Assembly: GCF_018350175.1 (NCBI RefSeq)
Contig: NC_058369.1
Span: forward strand, 8,062,001-8,126,000
DNA: 64,000 nt
Direction: 5' to 3'
Source of the DNA: Felis catus
Taxonomy: Eukaryota
Part shown: piece after piece, positions 35,087 through 49,228 of the stretch
How the letters are laid out: each line of letters begins with the position of its first letter
Numbering within the stretch: position 1 is the stretch's first letter
Position numbers and translations under genes: made by a program
The notes under the pieces: generated by a model
Seen by the model: the letters and a program-made list of their open reading frames with translations, nothing else
What the model was told of the DNA's origin: nothing
Databases searched by the model: none

Positions 35087-37421
35087 ATGGGGCTGCCATT
35101 TTAATGGATAGGTGGGAGGAAAGGGACCACAGCCATATGAACAGACCAGTAAATTGGAAGATGCCGGTTCTGAATAGAATTGAGAATCGAGCAGGATGGG
35201 CACCTGCTTTATGTTCGGAGGGTGCTGGGATGAAGATAGAGAAGAGATAGTTTGGCCAGGAGTTGCTAGTTGGCCCTGTGGATGTTGCAGGGAGAGAGTT
35301 CTAGGCTGCGGGAGCAGTCAGTGCAAAGGCCCTGAGGCAACCATACCTGTTTGGGGGCAACACGGCAGAGAATAGCATAGCAGGAGCTGAGTGAGTGAGA
35401 GGGAGAACAGGAGGAGGGGAGGTGACTGGGCAGGCTGTGCGGGGCCTTGTGGGCCTTCGAGGACTTGGGGTTTTTACCCTGAGGGAGGTGGGGGTCTTGG
35501 GAGGCCTCTGAACAGAGGGAGGCAGCCACTGCATCCATACACACCATGTGGCCACGTCGGGGGCGAGGGTGGGTAGCCTAAGAGGCAGCAACTGTACTGG
35601 TCCAGGCAAGCACGAGTGGCCGGTGTGATGGCCGTGGATGTGCAGGGAAGTGGGCCAGTTTGTGCCCAGCTGGAGGTGGACCCAGCAGGGCTTGCTGCTG
35701 GGTGGAGTGGGCAGTGAGGGGTGGGAGGAGCCCTGGGTCTGCGGTCTGAGTCAGCCTGCCTGCCTCTTGGGGTGACTACAAGGACACAGTGACACCTGCC
35801 CGGGGCCACTGAGTGTGGGCTGGGCTCTGGGTCACCAGTGCTTACTGTTGGATGGCATCCAGATGGGTGGTAATGAGGCAGGGACTGGGTGGGGACCGGT
35901 GGGGCGTATAGACTGGATAGTGTGGCTCCAGAGGCCCAGCGATGAACTCTACTTCTTTTCTAGCAAAACCACAGAGGAAGCCCTGGGGGTTTGGGGGTGA
36001 TGGGGTGGGGCGGGGAGGGAGCAGCAGCGGTTCTGCATCGCTGACATCTTTCCTATGTTTCCATCCCAGCTCTGCTCCTTCCTTGCCGAGTTGCCTGGGC
36101 AAGTCCTGAAACTCTGAGCCTTAGTCTGCCTATCTGGGAAGTGGGAGTGTTGGCCCTGGTTGCATTCTTTTGGTCTTGCTAGAGGGTTTGCTGAGATGTT
36201 GCCAAAGATGGGGTTAGAGCTGGGCTAGGGGGGCAGCCACTGCTTCCTATATGGGCTCTTATCAGAGCCTGAGAGAGTGGGCTGGGTACAAACAGGTCCC
36301 TGGAGTGTGGGCCTCCTGCTGAGGGCTTTTTCCATGGCTGGAGTTGTGCTGAGGTCTCCTAGCCACAATGAGGCTTTGAGTGACCCCCATGAGTATATGG
36401 CGATGAGGAAGAGATCCCAGCCAAGGGCGCTTACTGGGCCTCCTGTCACCATGCTGCTCAGGTGAGGGGTGACCTGGCCCTTAACAGCTCTGACTCATCC
36501 TCTGCCAGCTTATCTGTTTGTTTTCCCTCCCCTGGGAAGGCCTCCACCTGCCCACCTACCAGCCTGGGTTTTAAGCCTCCATTGTTCCCTCAGCCAGGCA
36601 TCCCCACCCATGTATGGGGCTGGAAGTCAAAGGGCTCCTGGGGGGACCTTGGTCTCTGTTCAAACAACAGTAAATAAACAGCTGGGACTTCTGATCTGCC
36701 CCTGGTGCCACCACCTGCTGTGCCTTTCCCTCCCTACTCCCTACCACTCTCTTCTCAGGAGCCCTCATTACCTTCCAGGGAGAGGTGGCCCATTTTAGAG
36801 CTTGGAAACTGAGGCTCGGAGAGGGTGAAGTGATGTGTGCGGGTCAGGAGGCCAGCGGGGCCTTCCCTGAAGGATGAGTGGCATCCTCTCATCCCACTGA
36901 TGGCCGTGCCAGTGCCCAGAGAAGGTGGAGACCTGCCTAGGACCACACAGCTCATGGGGGCAGGGCTGGGCTTTGAACCCAGGCTCTCTGGTTCCAGCGT
37001 CCATATTCCTCTTGGCCATTCAACAAACTATTTAATGAGCACCTGCTGTATGCCAGGCACTGTTCTAGGTGCTGGAGATCTAGCAGTGACCAGGCCAGGG
37101 GAAGCCATGTGTTGTCACAGGGCTAGACTTCCATTGAAAGCCATGTTATGGGAGTGGGAAAGGGCATGCGTTTGGGAGGGAGGGGTGCAGTCCACTGCAT
37201 CTGCCCACGGGTGGGTGCGCAGTGCCTGTGGGGAGGAGGTTCCTGGCAGAGGGAACAGTCCCTGCAAAGACTAGAAGCCAGAAGTGAAGAGATCCCCGAG
37301 CAGGAGGAAGCAGGGGTGGGGCTGGTAGGGTGGGTAGGTAGAGGACCCTGTCAACTGCGGGATGTGATTTCTGTAGGACGGAGGCTTGGAGGCCTGGTCT
37401 TTGTTTTAGAAAGAGACCATA

Positions 37422-37808
37422 GGGGCACCTGGGTGGCTTAGTCGGTTAAGCCTCCGACTTAGCTCAGCTCAGCTCAGCTCAGGTCGGAGTGTTCAACGCG
37501 GTGAGTTAGAGCCCTGTGTTGGAACCCAGCTTGGAGCCTGGAACCTGCTTCAGATTCTGTGTCTCCCTCTCTCTCTCTGCCCCTCCCCTGCTCATTCTCT
37601 CTCTCAAAAATAAATAAACATTAAAAAGAGAGAGAGAGAGAACCATAGGTGGGGTACCTGTGTAGCTCAGTCCGTTAAGAGTCCAACCCTGAATTTTGGC
37701 TCAGGTCATGATCTCACGGATGTGAGATTGAGCCCCATGTTGGGCTCCACATTGGGAGTGGAGCCTGCTTGGGATTCTCTCTCTCCCTGTGCCCCTTCCC
37801 TGCTCATG

Positions 37809-37841
<33 letters not shown>

Positions 37842-37859
37842 AAAAAAAAAAAAAAAAAA
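37422..37859 (+). mobile_element. Two tandem plus-strand Can-SINEs
   Basis: Heads at about 37422 and 37650; recurrent flank accatagg; (AGCTC)4 inside the first copy. Confidence 0.85.
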
Positions 37860-39301
37860 GACCATAGGTAACCTGGGAGGAGGATCCTGTGGGCCAGGCC
37901 TAGGCCCATAGATAGAGGCCAGGTGCAGCAATGAACCCCTACTCTGTGCCAAGGAACAGAGTAGACCCGGGCTCCTGTCCTGGGGGGCTACGTGGCAGAG
38001 GGGGGCAGGTAAGCAGATAAGTGACTTGAAGTGTTAGTGACGAGGAAGAAAATGAGGGCAGGTGGGCGATGGGGTGGGGTTGGAGTTGTAAGTGGGGGTG
38101 GCAAGTCTCCCTAGGGAGGTGTCATTTGGGCCAGAGCTGTGGGGAGTGTGAGTCATGGGGGCGCCTGTGTGGTACCCAGCTGACCTCCGAGGTGGGCGGT
38201 GTCACCCCGTCTTGCTGACTAGGAAACCCAGACCGGAGAGCCAGGGCAGCTGGCGGGAGGTCACAGCCTGCGCAGGGCAGCCTGGGCGTCCAGTCGGGGT
38301 GGGGGTGGGTTGAATCAGGGCGGAGGAAGCAGACGACTGAGGCTTGGTTGTTGCCTCCACATAAGCGGATGGTGTTCTGGGCAGAGTTACGAGGGGAGAT
38401 GGTCTCCTTCCACCACCCAGGCCGGGAAGGCCCCCAGGGCGCTCCTGCTGCCTTGTGCCAGAACATCCTCTGGGCACAGCCGGACGGGCCCTTCCTCCCC
38501 GAGCCTCTTGGGAATTTCCAGGGAGCTGCTTTTGGGGGGACTGTCCAGGCCGAGTCCGCACTCGGTGTTGCTGCCCTTTCCACTCAGCAGTTCGAGAGCT
38601 TCTGGACACGCGATTGGAGGAATCCCAGGGCGGCTGGCACTCCCAGCCTGGTGCGCAAGTCCCCGCGCGCCTGCTCGGCCTCGTCCTTCGGCCTTCTCCC
38701 CCTCGGGCTGAGCCTCCTTTGCCTGGGCTGCACCCTCCGGTCACCACCAAGCTCCAGCCCCGGCCAGCTGCCTTCCCTGCATGTGCCCGGAGCTCTTGGG
38801 TTCTCTTGGGCATCGTGCTGGTCCTCGTGTTGTTGCGAGGCGCTCACTGTCCGTTGTCTGTAGTGTTACCATTGTGTCCATGGTGCCTGGCCCCCCCAGA
38901 CACACCCAGAACAGTTACAGGACAGCGTGGGCCGATACCTTGGCCCTGGTGGGGGTGATGCCAGCGGCTTTTGAGTCAGAGGTGTGGGCCCAGAGGCCGG
39001 GTGACCTCATACGCCGTGAACTTCAGTCCATGTTCCCACCACTCCCCGATGCCTAGTGACCTTGTTTTCTTATGTAAATTCACGCACTCAGGAAATCACC
39101 AGACAGATCAAGATAGAGTCCATCCCAGAAAGTTCCCCGGTGCCCCTTCCAGTCAGTTCCCCAAAGGGAACCAAGTGCTCTGATTTCTATCACCAGAGAC
39201 GAGTTTTGCCTGTTCAGGTTCACCCTCTGACTCAGCAGGAGAAACGAGGGCGTATGTCTACCAGAGGCATGTGTGCAAATGTTCCTAGCAGCTGTATTTG
39301 G

Positions 39302-39518
39302 TTTTTTATTTTTAATTTTTTTTTAATGTTTATTTTTGACAGAGAGACCGAGCATGAGTGGGGGAGGGGCGGAGAGAGAGGGAGACCCAGAATCCAGTGC
39401 AGGCGCCAGGCTCTGAGCCGTCAGCACAGAGCCTGACGCGGGGCTCGAACTCACGGACCGTGAGATCTTGACCCGGGCCGAAGTCGGATGCTCAACCGAC
39501 TGAGCCACCCAGGCGCCC
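39302..39518 (-). mobile_element. Can-SINE inside an old L1 relic (about 39050-39660)
   Basis: SINE head and tail; flanking repeat agcagct(g/a)tat; the flanks read like an L1M 3' region. Confidence 0.85.
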
Positions 39519-40510
39519 CAGCAGCTATATGTGTAACGACCCCGAACTGGAAAGACCCCAAGTGGCCCATCCATGCCACAGGGCACGGGTCAGCAGTGGA
39601 AAGGAGCCTCCTGCAGTCACACACAGCAGCTTGGAGGAACCACATAGACAGGCGTGGGGAATTCATTCCCGTGCTTCTGTATCGTTTGGTCCCTGACCTG
39701 TTCCTGTTGTGGAGGAGGTGGAGAGGTGGAGTGGAAGATTCTGGTGCGGGACGTGCACACCGTCACCGCTGCTGTCTGTGATTCTGTTGGAGGGCCGGCG
39801 CCCGTGGTTTCCAAGATGCCACATCTCTGATGTGCAAGGGACTTCCTGTCCCTGCCTCTCAGGTCTTTGCCTGTGAGCCGGGTGGCCTGGGGCTCCGGGA
39901 GTGCCAGGGCCAAGGCCGAGTGTGGTGTTTGAGAGGTTAACAGCTACCAGCAGGCCCGCCCTGTCCCTGGCATCTGCCGTGAAGTGGCTCTGCTCTCCTG
40001 GAGACATTGGGATGGATGTCCCCTCTGGGGAGGGCCGAGGTGAAGAACTGACTGACTTTGGGGCCTGGTGACCTGCTTGGGGCCTCCTCGCCATTTCCCC
40101 GCTCTGCCCTATCTGCACCCCTACATGTAGCTCACCTCCTGTTTCCCCTTCTCTGCCCAGACCAGCTGCGAAGCCCTCTTACCTCCGTAGCGTGTCTTCT
40201 TTGTCCCCAGCACCTCCATCGTTAACACCTGAGGTGTAGAGGGTGACTTTGCCACCAGGGGCCACGGGCTTCATCCTCCTGGGGCTCACCGGCATCCTTG
40301 GGATGTTCTTCTGTCTCTTGGGCCCCCCCACCCTCCATGGTTGGACTGTCCTCTCCTGAACTGCTGTCAGCTCTGTCCAGTGTCGGTCCACTGCTCTCTG
40401 TTCCTGCCGCTCTGGGTCTAGCCTCTGTCGTCACATACGTGGACCAGTGCAGTCCCCTCGTGCCTTTCCTGCCTCTGGACTCCCACCCTTGCCTCTGTGG
40501 CCGCCAGAGG

Positions 40511-40691
40511 GTTTATTTATTTTGAGAGAGAGACAGCGTGAGTGGGGGAGGGCAGGGGGGCAGGCAGAGGATCTGAAGCAGGCTCTGTGCTGATAACAGG
40601 GAGCCCGATGCGGGGCTCGAATCCATGAGCTATGAGATCATGACCTGAGCCGAAGTCAAACGCTCAGTCAACTGAGCCATCCAGGCTCCCC
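40511..40691 (-). mobile_element. Can-SINE
   Basis: Typical body and head. Confidence 0.85.
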
Positions 40692-42229
40692 TGTCCTTCA
40701 GAGGGTTCTTTTAAAGCCACACACCTTTAAAAGCACACAGAGTTATAATCTGGCTGTCCCCCTAACCCCCATCGGGCTGCTTTGCTCTAAGAATGATGAC
40801 CGGACTCCGGCACCCCTGTCACCCCACCCCTCTCTGGGCCTGTCTGCTTGAGCGCCCCACTCTGCTGCTCGGACTGTGCCCCTGTGGGGCCTTTAGAGCC
40901 CTGAGGCCCAGAGAGGGCCCCTCGTCTCAAAGGCCGGGCTGCAGGTCCCCGTGAGCGCGAGCCGGTGGGCCAACCTTACGTGGTCACTGCCACCTCCTTG
41001 CGCCCAGCCAGCGGAGGTGAAGTGCGGTGGGGCTGCCCACAGGCTGTCACGTGTGGCGCATGCCCGGGTATGCCTCCTTCCCTCCAGCACCCACCGGGTT
41101 ATTAACACGTTCCCAGGGATTCTGCCAGCCAGCCTGAGCTGAGAACCAGTGACCTCCTCTGGGGCCTTCCAGGCTCCCAACAGGGGTTCCCGACGCTAGG
41201 AGGTGCCCTCCTGAGGCACTGTGGCTGTCACAGTACTGGGGAGCGGGTTGGTGCCGGTGGCCCTGGGTTGAGAACCCCAGGATGCTGTTGTCTTGCTGTA
41301 TTTGGGACACACCTGCCCAGTACCACTAGTCCTGTGTCCCGCACAGATTGCAAACAATCTAAACATTGGTGTGCAAGCCTGGTTTGAAACTTTCTGAACC
41401 TGGAGCTTTTCTCCATTTTACACGAGACACCAAAGAATCCTTTGCACGGCTTCAATCTCCGAAAACCCCTCTTCTACTTCCACGCTCACTGGACCCTGGC
41501 TCTTTGGCTTTCCTTTCTCAATGGTCCAGAGGGCCTTCTGGTCGTCCTGCTTTGCATGAACCCACGTGTAGTGGTGTAGGTCCAGCTGGTGCCTGAGTAT
41601 TTCCTTGGTGAAATACGCAGGGTACGTTTCTTTATTTAACAGCTTTATTGAGGGATTGTTTATATACCAGGAAAATTTACCCATTTCAAATGCAGTGGTT
41701 TTTAGTACACTTACAGTAAATATTAGCATCACCACAGTCAGGTTTTAGGACATTTCCAGAAAGCTCCCTCCTCATGTCCCACCCCTTGGGCAGCCATTGA
41801 TCCTGCCTGCATCGATTTGTCTTTTTGGGACATGAAACATGTATTTTGTCATCAACTACTTTCCTTTTATTTAGTCTTCGTACCATACATAAGGCATTAA
41901 ATTAATTTAAAACACGTATGTAGGAAATGAACCCGTTTCTTTGGGGTGCAGGAGATATTGTTCAAATATCTGTCAGCGAAAGGGCTCTGGGGGCATGCTG
42001 GGGCTGGAGCACGGCCAGCCAGAGGGAGACGGTTCCATTCACCACCAACCTTCATTCCAGTCCCTCTTCTGCCCCCGGTGGCCTCAGGACCCTCCAAGAT
42101 CTGGCCAGGATCTTGGTATCTTTGCTGTGTCTGGCTGGGACTGGTATCTTTGCTGAGGTTGCCCCAGTCGCCAGGCGGGATTGCTTCACACGTGTGGTCA
42201 CACTTCCTGCCCCGCGAGCCAGCCGCTGA

Positions 42230-42367
<138 letters not shown>

Positions 42368-44859
42368 TAATGAGTGTGGGCGCAGTGCCCGGCAGGAGTG
42401 CCGGGGCCAGTGGCGGTGTCCGGGGTCTTGGGTCATCATTTGGGCTTGAACTCACGTTCTCCATCCGTGTAGGGAAGTTGAAGCGCAGTTCAGTGGACAC
42501 CCACCCCTCATGTCCTCAGTTGTGACCGGGCTGCCAGGTGCCGTGTCTGCTTGCTGTGTTGTGGATAACACATTTTTTGCTGAACGAACGCTTTCGAAAT
42601 CAGTAGCATGTGACCCATCAAGCCGGAGTGCTTCGGTGCGCCTCCCCTTGCCGTGAGGACACCTTCCTACAGTCGCGGAACCACACCCAAGAAAAGTAAT
42701 CATTCCTGCACGTTATCTGATGCCCAGTCCATAATCAGGTTGCCACTTGTCCCCCAGATACCCTCCCTGGCTAGTTTTGCAGTGCTCTGATCTGCCCCCT
42801 GCTGCACCGTGTTGTCCCGTCTCCTCTCTTTTCATTAGGGCAGCATGGCCGCTTGAGTCACGCTGTTGGCTTTTGGAGAGGCCCGCCCATTGAATGTAGA
42901 ATGGCCCACGTGGAGATTCCTTTCTGGCTTCCCCTGGGTGGCCTCTGTTTATTTCTGTTCTTTCCACACAAGCCTGGCATGACGTGGGCGTGTCTCCCAC
43001 AATAAAACCCAGTCAGGCCTCCTTAGAAAGCATCGCGGGTCAGAAGCTGGAAGGGGACAGAGGAGCTTTCGGGGGCATGGCCTCACCTCTCTCCAGAGCC
43101 CCGAGCGGCCTCCGTGCTGCTCCCCCACTGACGTATCCCCCCTGGGGTATCACCGTTGGTCAGTTCAGGATTCATTGGGCGCCAGTCTCACCGCACGGCC
43201 TGGTTAAACACACCCATACTAGGAAGGCAGCTGACACACCCCCATTTTACAACTGGAGGAAACTGGAGCTTAGCCGCGTCATTCGACTTGACTCTCTGCT
43301 GTGCTCCAGTCACGCCCTCTCGCTTTCATCTTCTGACTCCGCCCAGCCCAGCTGGGAGGAGGCGTGGCTCCAGTGAGAGGCGATAGCGGATTGGTCCACA
43401 CCTCCTCTTTGTGAGCTCTGCCATGTCATAGGCCACAGGCAAGCCAATGGGCTGCTTTCTGTGGATTCAGAGGTCCGATCAGCTGGGCCCAGACTGGCGG
43501 CAGCAGAGCCCCAGTTTTCAGATGTCAGTGGGTCAGAGTCGTGTAAGGCTTGGCCTGGTGGGTTTTTGCTTCTCATTCAGCAGGTTTCAGCAGTTTGGTG
43601 GTGGTGGTGGGGGGGGTGAGAATATGCATTTTAATGAGTTCCCAGCTGATGGCTGATGCTTCTGGCCGATGGCCACTCAGGGAAAACCTCTGCCCTGCTG
43701 GGTAGGCCCTGGGAGCTAAGACTGCCGGGGTTCAGATCGTGACTCTGCAGCTTACTGGCTGTATGGCCCCTGGGGAGGGACTCCTGCTCATGATGTGTTT
43801 CCTTTCTGGACAGTGAAGATAATAATAGCAGCGACTTTGTCGGTTGCCATGAAGACCGCGCGTTATTCAATATGTCCAACCCTCGGAACAGTGCCTGGCA
43901 CTCGAGGTCCTCCCCGTGTGGTGCTGACTCAGTGGCTGCGGTTTTGTGCTTTCCACTGGTCTGTTTGGGACAGCTTGCTGCTGGCTTTCTGCACTGGAAG
44001 GTGGCAGGAGTCCCCCCACCCCCCATCACCTCCTCGGTGGCTGTCACCCAGCTGTGGTCCACTGAGCACTTAATGCATGCCACAGGCTGGTCCACGCCCA
44101 GGGCACAGCAGTGACTGGACCAAAGCTGCTGCCACCACCAGTCACCTGCCCCCTTGACACTCCCATTAGTGCCGGGGGACAGAAGTGGGAGACTTGGAGT
44201 GAGACCAGCAGGGAGACAGGCAGTCCTGGTCCCCACCGGGTGGGAGTGTGTGTATAGAGAGGGGTGGGTAACTAACTTCATCCGGAGGGTGGGACATCCC
44301 GGGGCATCTCCGAAGAAGTGATGTTGGAGCCGAGGCTGATGGGAACTCTCCTTCCCAGCAGAAAGTGGTAGATGTGAAGAGCAGTGAAGGCAGAAACTCT
44401 GAGGGTACACATCAGCCTCGTGCCTGACCCGGACTGATGCTGGCATCTCTGTTCCCATCACCCCCACTTTACAGAGGATGGAACTGAGGCTTCCAGAGAT
44501 GAGGCCACTTGCCTGAGAGCACTCAGGAGGGTCACCGTGAGAGCCCAGCCTGAAACACACATGGTGGGGTGCACCCTAAGGCCGAGGTATCACTTGATCA
44601 GATCCCGTGGCTGCTGGTGAAAAAGAGACCATGGGAGCCAGCCCAGGGTAGGGGACCCAGAGGAGATAGAAGTGGTGCCTGGGGACATGTAGGGACAGGG
44701 TGGCAGCTATGGAGGTAGGGTCATGGTTGGATCCTGTTGGGCTGGCGGTGGAGGTCGGGAGAGAGGCCCAGGTGTCCCATATGGAGCTGTGTCTCAGCTC
44801 ACATACTCCTCTTTCCCCACCTGACTGTGGTGTCTCCAGTCTCTCTCTCTCTCTTTCAT

Positions 44860-45044
44860 TAACTTTTATTTTTGAGAGAGAGCTCATGAGCAGGGGTGGG
44901 GCAGAGAGAAGAGGGGACAGAGGATCTGAAGCAGGCTCCGCACTGTCAGCACAGATCCCGATGCGGGGCTCGAGCCCACGAACTGTGAGATCATGACCTG
45001 AGCTGTAGTTGGACGCTTAACCAACTGAGCCACTGAGGCACCCC
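44860..45044 (-). mobile_element. Can-SINE
   Basis: Typical body and head; flanking repeat ctccagtct. Confidence 0.85.
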
Positions 45045-45988
45045 TCCAGTCTTTTACTGCTGCCAGTAGATGTGTGCCCACTCTGTGCTCAACCTCAGCT
45101 GGATGCCAGGGAGGCAGCATGGAGTGGCAGACAGGGGATGCTGTGGTCAGGCTGAGAGGGGAAAGGGCAGGGGGTGTGGGAGAGTATATTGCACATTGGA
45201 TCTACTTTGGGAGAACATTCTAGGCCGGGCAACAGCATGTGCAAAGTTATGAGGTGGGGCTGGGGGGAGAGGCAGGAGGCAGGTGATGTGGCCTGGCAGT
45301 CTGGTGATGGATTCAGGCAGTGAGAGCCCAGGGAGCACTTGGGTGGGGAAAAGCTGGCTCGGCCCCTGGCTGCCTTGTGGAGGAAGGATGGGCAGAGATA
45401 GGAGTGCAGGCAGGGAGGCCAGGGAGAGGTTAGTCTAGAGCCAGGCAAGAGGTCATGAGGCCTGGCCCAGGGCAGTGCTGTGGCTGAGGGTGAAGGGCAG
45501 TCTAGAGTGACCCTGAGGTGGGGGTCCAGGGCGATGAACAGCAGAGGTGCCTGGGCTGGGTGGGAGGCGGGACACCCCACTAGCAGGAGGGAGGAAGCTG
45601 AGTGTAGTGTGGGACGTGCTGATTGGTAGAGGGCCCTCTAGGGGCTACGTGGGGGCTGCACTGCTTCTAGAGAATAGACTTCTGTCCCGCTGACTCCCGA
45701 GAACCGGACTCCGGAGCCAGGCAGCTACCCCTTATTTCTGGGACCTGGGGCAGGTGGCCTCTCTCTGTGTGTCTCAGCTTCCTCCTCTGTAAAATGGGGG
45801 TGATAGTGGTACCCCCTTTGTGGCCCTGGCACCCCATGTGGCTTTGGTGTGCCTGCCGCCTCCTGTAGGGTCTGGGGTCCCACGATGTGACTCGGAGGCT
45901 GGGCCTCAGCCCTCCTTTCTGATGCCTGTGACACCCAGTGATGCTGGCTTCGGGTCCAGACTGCTCTTGGTGAGCCATTACTTTTAAC

Positions 45989-46284
45989 TTTTTTTTTTTT
46001 TTTAAAGGAAGCTCCATGCCCATTTTAGAGCCTAAACACCAGGGCTTGAATTCACAACCCTGAGGTCACGACCTGAGCTGAAATCAAGAGTCAGATGCTT
46101 AACCAACTGAGCCATGCAGGCGCCCCAGACTTTTAATCTGCTTAGTTTAAAAATTACCTAAGACTAAATGGGGCACCTGGCTAGTGCAGACAGTAGAGCA
46201 TGTGATTCTTGATCTCAGGGTTGGACATTTGAGTCCCATGTTGGGCATAGAGATTACTTAAAAATAAAATCTTAAAAAAAAAAA
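45989..46284. mobile_element. Two short older Can-SINEs head-to-head (minus to 46127, plus from about 46170)
   Basis: Short SINE bodies lacking the (CT)n segment, each with an A/T tail. Confidence 0.8.
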
Positions 46285-47013
46285 ATTACCCTAAGACTGC
46301 AGCCACCAGGAAGTTTGATGGCTCACGGGTGATCCCTGCTTCTCCTTGGGAACAACCCCTGGCCTGGTAAACCCTGGGTGCTAGGGACTGTTCTGGTGTG
46401 GAATGTGGCCTCCTGAGCCTCCCTTCCCTTGACCTTGACTGTTGCTGTCAGGGACCAGAGAGGAGGTGGCTCCCAGCTTCCTTTTTAAAGCTTTGTGACC
46501 CCGACAGGGCCTTGCTGAACTCTGGGACCTCACCTCCTCCTGCTCCCTAGCTGGAGCCACAATCCCCCCTGCTCACTCACCCTCAAGATCGGCTCGTCCA
46601 TTCACACTTCCACGCCTTTGCCCCCACAGTGCTCCCTCCCTGGAACATCGTGCCTCACCTTCCTTCTCTCCTTCCTCCTCCCCTGGGTGAGCCCCAGCCC
46701 CCCACCCCATCATTGCTCCCTCGGTTCATCCTCAGGTAACCTCATCTCATTCCGGTATTCTTAATGGTTTTTCTCCCCCCAAAAGTCAGTGGCAGAAAGC
46801 ACGGATCTGCTTTGTTGTGGGATTGTCAACAACCCTTTCTCCAGCACCTGTCCTCTGGGCCTGGCCCTGGCAGGCCTTTTCTATAAAACTGGTAGACTCT
46901 GCAACATTCGGGGCATGGCCTTGGGTCTTGATGAGGAAACAGGGCCAGGAGCCAGTGAGAGTCAGGCTGGGGGCCGGCCAGGATGCCAACTGGGGCTGTC
47001 ACTTTCTCCAGTA

Positions 47014-47840
47014 TGTGGTGTGGGGTTTGCCACGTGTTCAGTGGACATTCACCGCGTGGCTTACGATCAGCTCTGTTCTGACACTGTCTGCCTGGGGAGA
47101 GTGTCACATCCCACAGGATGGGGGCTCAGTCCCACCAGGCCGTCGTCCTCCGCCCCCACTGCCAGTCACAAGTCCGGGCTGTCACCTGTGCGTCTCGCCC
47201 CCTGGCTGTAGATCTGAGTGAGGTTCCCACGACCCCCTCTTCAGCTTCGATTAATTTGCCAGAGCAGCTCACAGAGCTCAGGGGAAAACAGATCACTCAC
47301 TGGATCGGTGGCCGGTGTGAAGGATACAACCCAGGAAGAGCCCGACGGAAGGGATGCGCAGGGCAGTGTGGGGACGGGCCGGGGCTTCCATGCCGTCTCC
47401 AGGCGCCCCTCTCCCGGCTCCTGCATGTGTTTACCAGCCGGGAAGCTCTCCGAAGCCCGTCCTTCGGGTTTTATTTTTATGGAGACTTCATTACACAGGC
47501 ACGATTGATTGAATCATTGGCCTTTGGTGATTGATTCATCCTGGAGCCCCTCCCCCCTCCCTTCTCCCCGCTCTCCCCTCTCCGGAGTGGGGGGTGGGTA
47601 GGGCAGGACTAAAGGCTCCAGCCTTCAGATCACATAAATTGGTCTCCCTGGCACAGCCCCCTTCCTTAAGTGCTTTCCAAAAGTCACCTCATTCAACTAA
47701 TGTGTCGTTGAGAGGGGCTGGCTATGAATGTTTAGACACCTTTATGGCTCTTAATCACTTAGGACATTCCGAGGATTTTAGGAGCCCGGTGCCAAAAATG
47801 GAGGGTGGAAATCCAAATGTGTATTTCTTACTGTAGATCA
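47014..47840 (-). mobile_element. Solo LTR, MER21-like
   Basis: TG...CA ends with candidate 5-bp TSD CAGTA (47009-47013 and 47841-47845); internal phrases typical of MER21 (gaggttcccacgaccccctc...gattaatttgccagagcagctcacaga; atggagacttcattacacaggcacgattgatt). Confidence 0.75.
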
Positions 47841-48604
47841 CAGTAGCACGCCTTCCCAGCGGCCGTGCGTCCTAGACTGGGAGGTCTTCACGACTTGTCT
47901 CAAATCCGAGGGAGCTTGAGGACCCAACAGCCTCGGGAGGTGCCACGCGCTTTGCCTCTTCTTGGTTGGCTGAAGCCTCTGCACCGTCCGCCTCGGTTGG
48001 CTCCATCTGATTGCGTGGTACTCAGGCTCGCCCGAGTGCGTTCGAGTCCCCGAGTCGGTCCTCCTGACTCCGGGCCAGCATGCCTGTCGATGCCAGCTTT
48101 GGGGAAGGGAGACCCCATCTCCCACCATCAGGAGTCAGCCTGGCAGTTCTGCTCCTCCCTGGGTTGAGAATGGGGAAGGGACGGGCCAAGTCCCATGAAT
48201 ACCTGGGCAGGGCTCCTCCTTGCACTGCCCTCCTGAGACCCCGAGGCAGCCTCCCCTGACTGGCAGCTCAGCTAGTGCTAGTGCCCGTGGGCCTGGCGGT
48301 GTGGGATTTGATGTCGTAGTAGCCCCACACTTGGGTTCTGTGTTGTCTCATTTCCTTTGGGGAAACTGAGGCACTGAGAGGAGGGCAAGGCTGGGAGGGG
48401 CTAGGCACGCCCATCTCTCTCTCCTGTCACCTTCCCACACGTTGTCATGGTGCTTGATTCAGCCTTTCCAGGCTGGAGGGGCTGGGCTGAAGGCCGGGTT
48501 GCTCCGGCAGAACTTGGGCATTTCACAGTCTGCCCGCGGGGTGGGGAGTGTGCCTTCTTCGGTCCTGTGGACCTCCTCCAGCTCCTTTAAAACAGGAGGG
48601 CCCT

Positions 48605-49074
48605 GGGGCGCCTGGGTGGCTCAGTCGGATAAGAATCCGACTTCAGCTCGGGTCATGATCTCACAGTTCGTGGGTTTGAGCCCCGAGTTGGGCTCTGTGC
48701 TGACAGCTCAGAGCCTGGAGCCTGTTTCAGATTCTGTGTCTCCGTCTTTCTCTCTCCTCCACTGCTCATGCTCTGTCTCTCTCTTCTCAAAAAAAAATAA
48801 ATAAATAAACGTTAAAAAATTTAAAAAAATAAATAAATAAAAATAAAACAGGAGGGCCCTAAGACCCCTCAGGAAGCCAGGCCTGAGGGAACTGGGCCAC
48901 TGTCATGGGGCTGCTTCCTTGGGCCCTGGGTGGCCTGATACCCAGAGGGTGGCCGCATGTACTCGTCATCTCCCTTCTGAGGGCTCTTCTTCTTCTTTTT
49001 TTTTTTTTTTAATAAATTTTTTTAATTAAAAAATTTTTTTTAAGTTTATTTTGAAATGAGCCAGTGGGGGAAGG

Positions 49075-49118
<44 letters not shown>

Positions 49119-49228
49119 CCCAAGCGGGCTCTGCACTAGTGTCCGACACGGGGCTTGAACGCACGAACCATGAGATCATGACCTGAGCTGAAGTTGGATG
49201 CTTAACCGACTGAGCCACCCAGGCGCCT
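48605..49228. mobile_element. Inverted (tail-to-tail) SINE pair: plus 48605-48848, minus about 48995-49228
   Basis: First copy has TSD taaaacaggagggccct; both heads are clear. Confidence 0.9.

Noticed and set aside
43631..44560. 309-aa minus-strand ORF, the longest in the track
   Set aside because: Both ends run through MIR relics and the product has no recognisable family motif.
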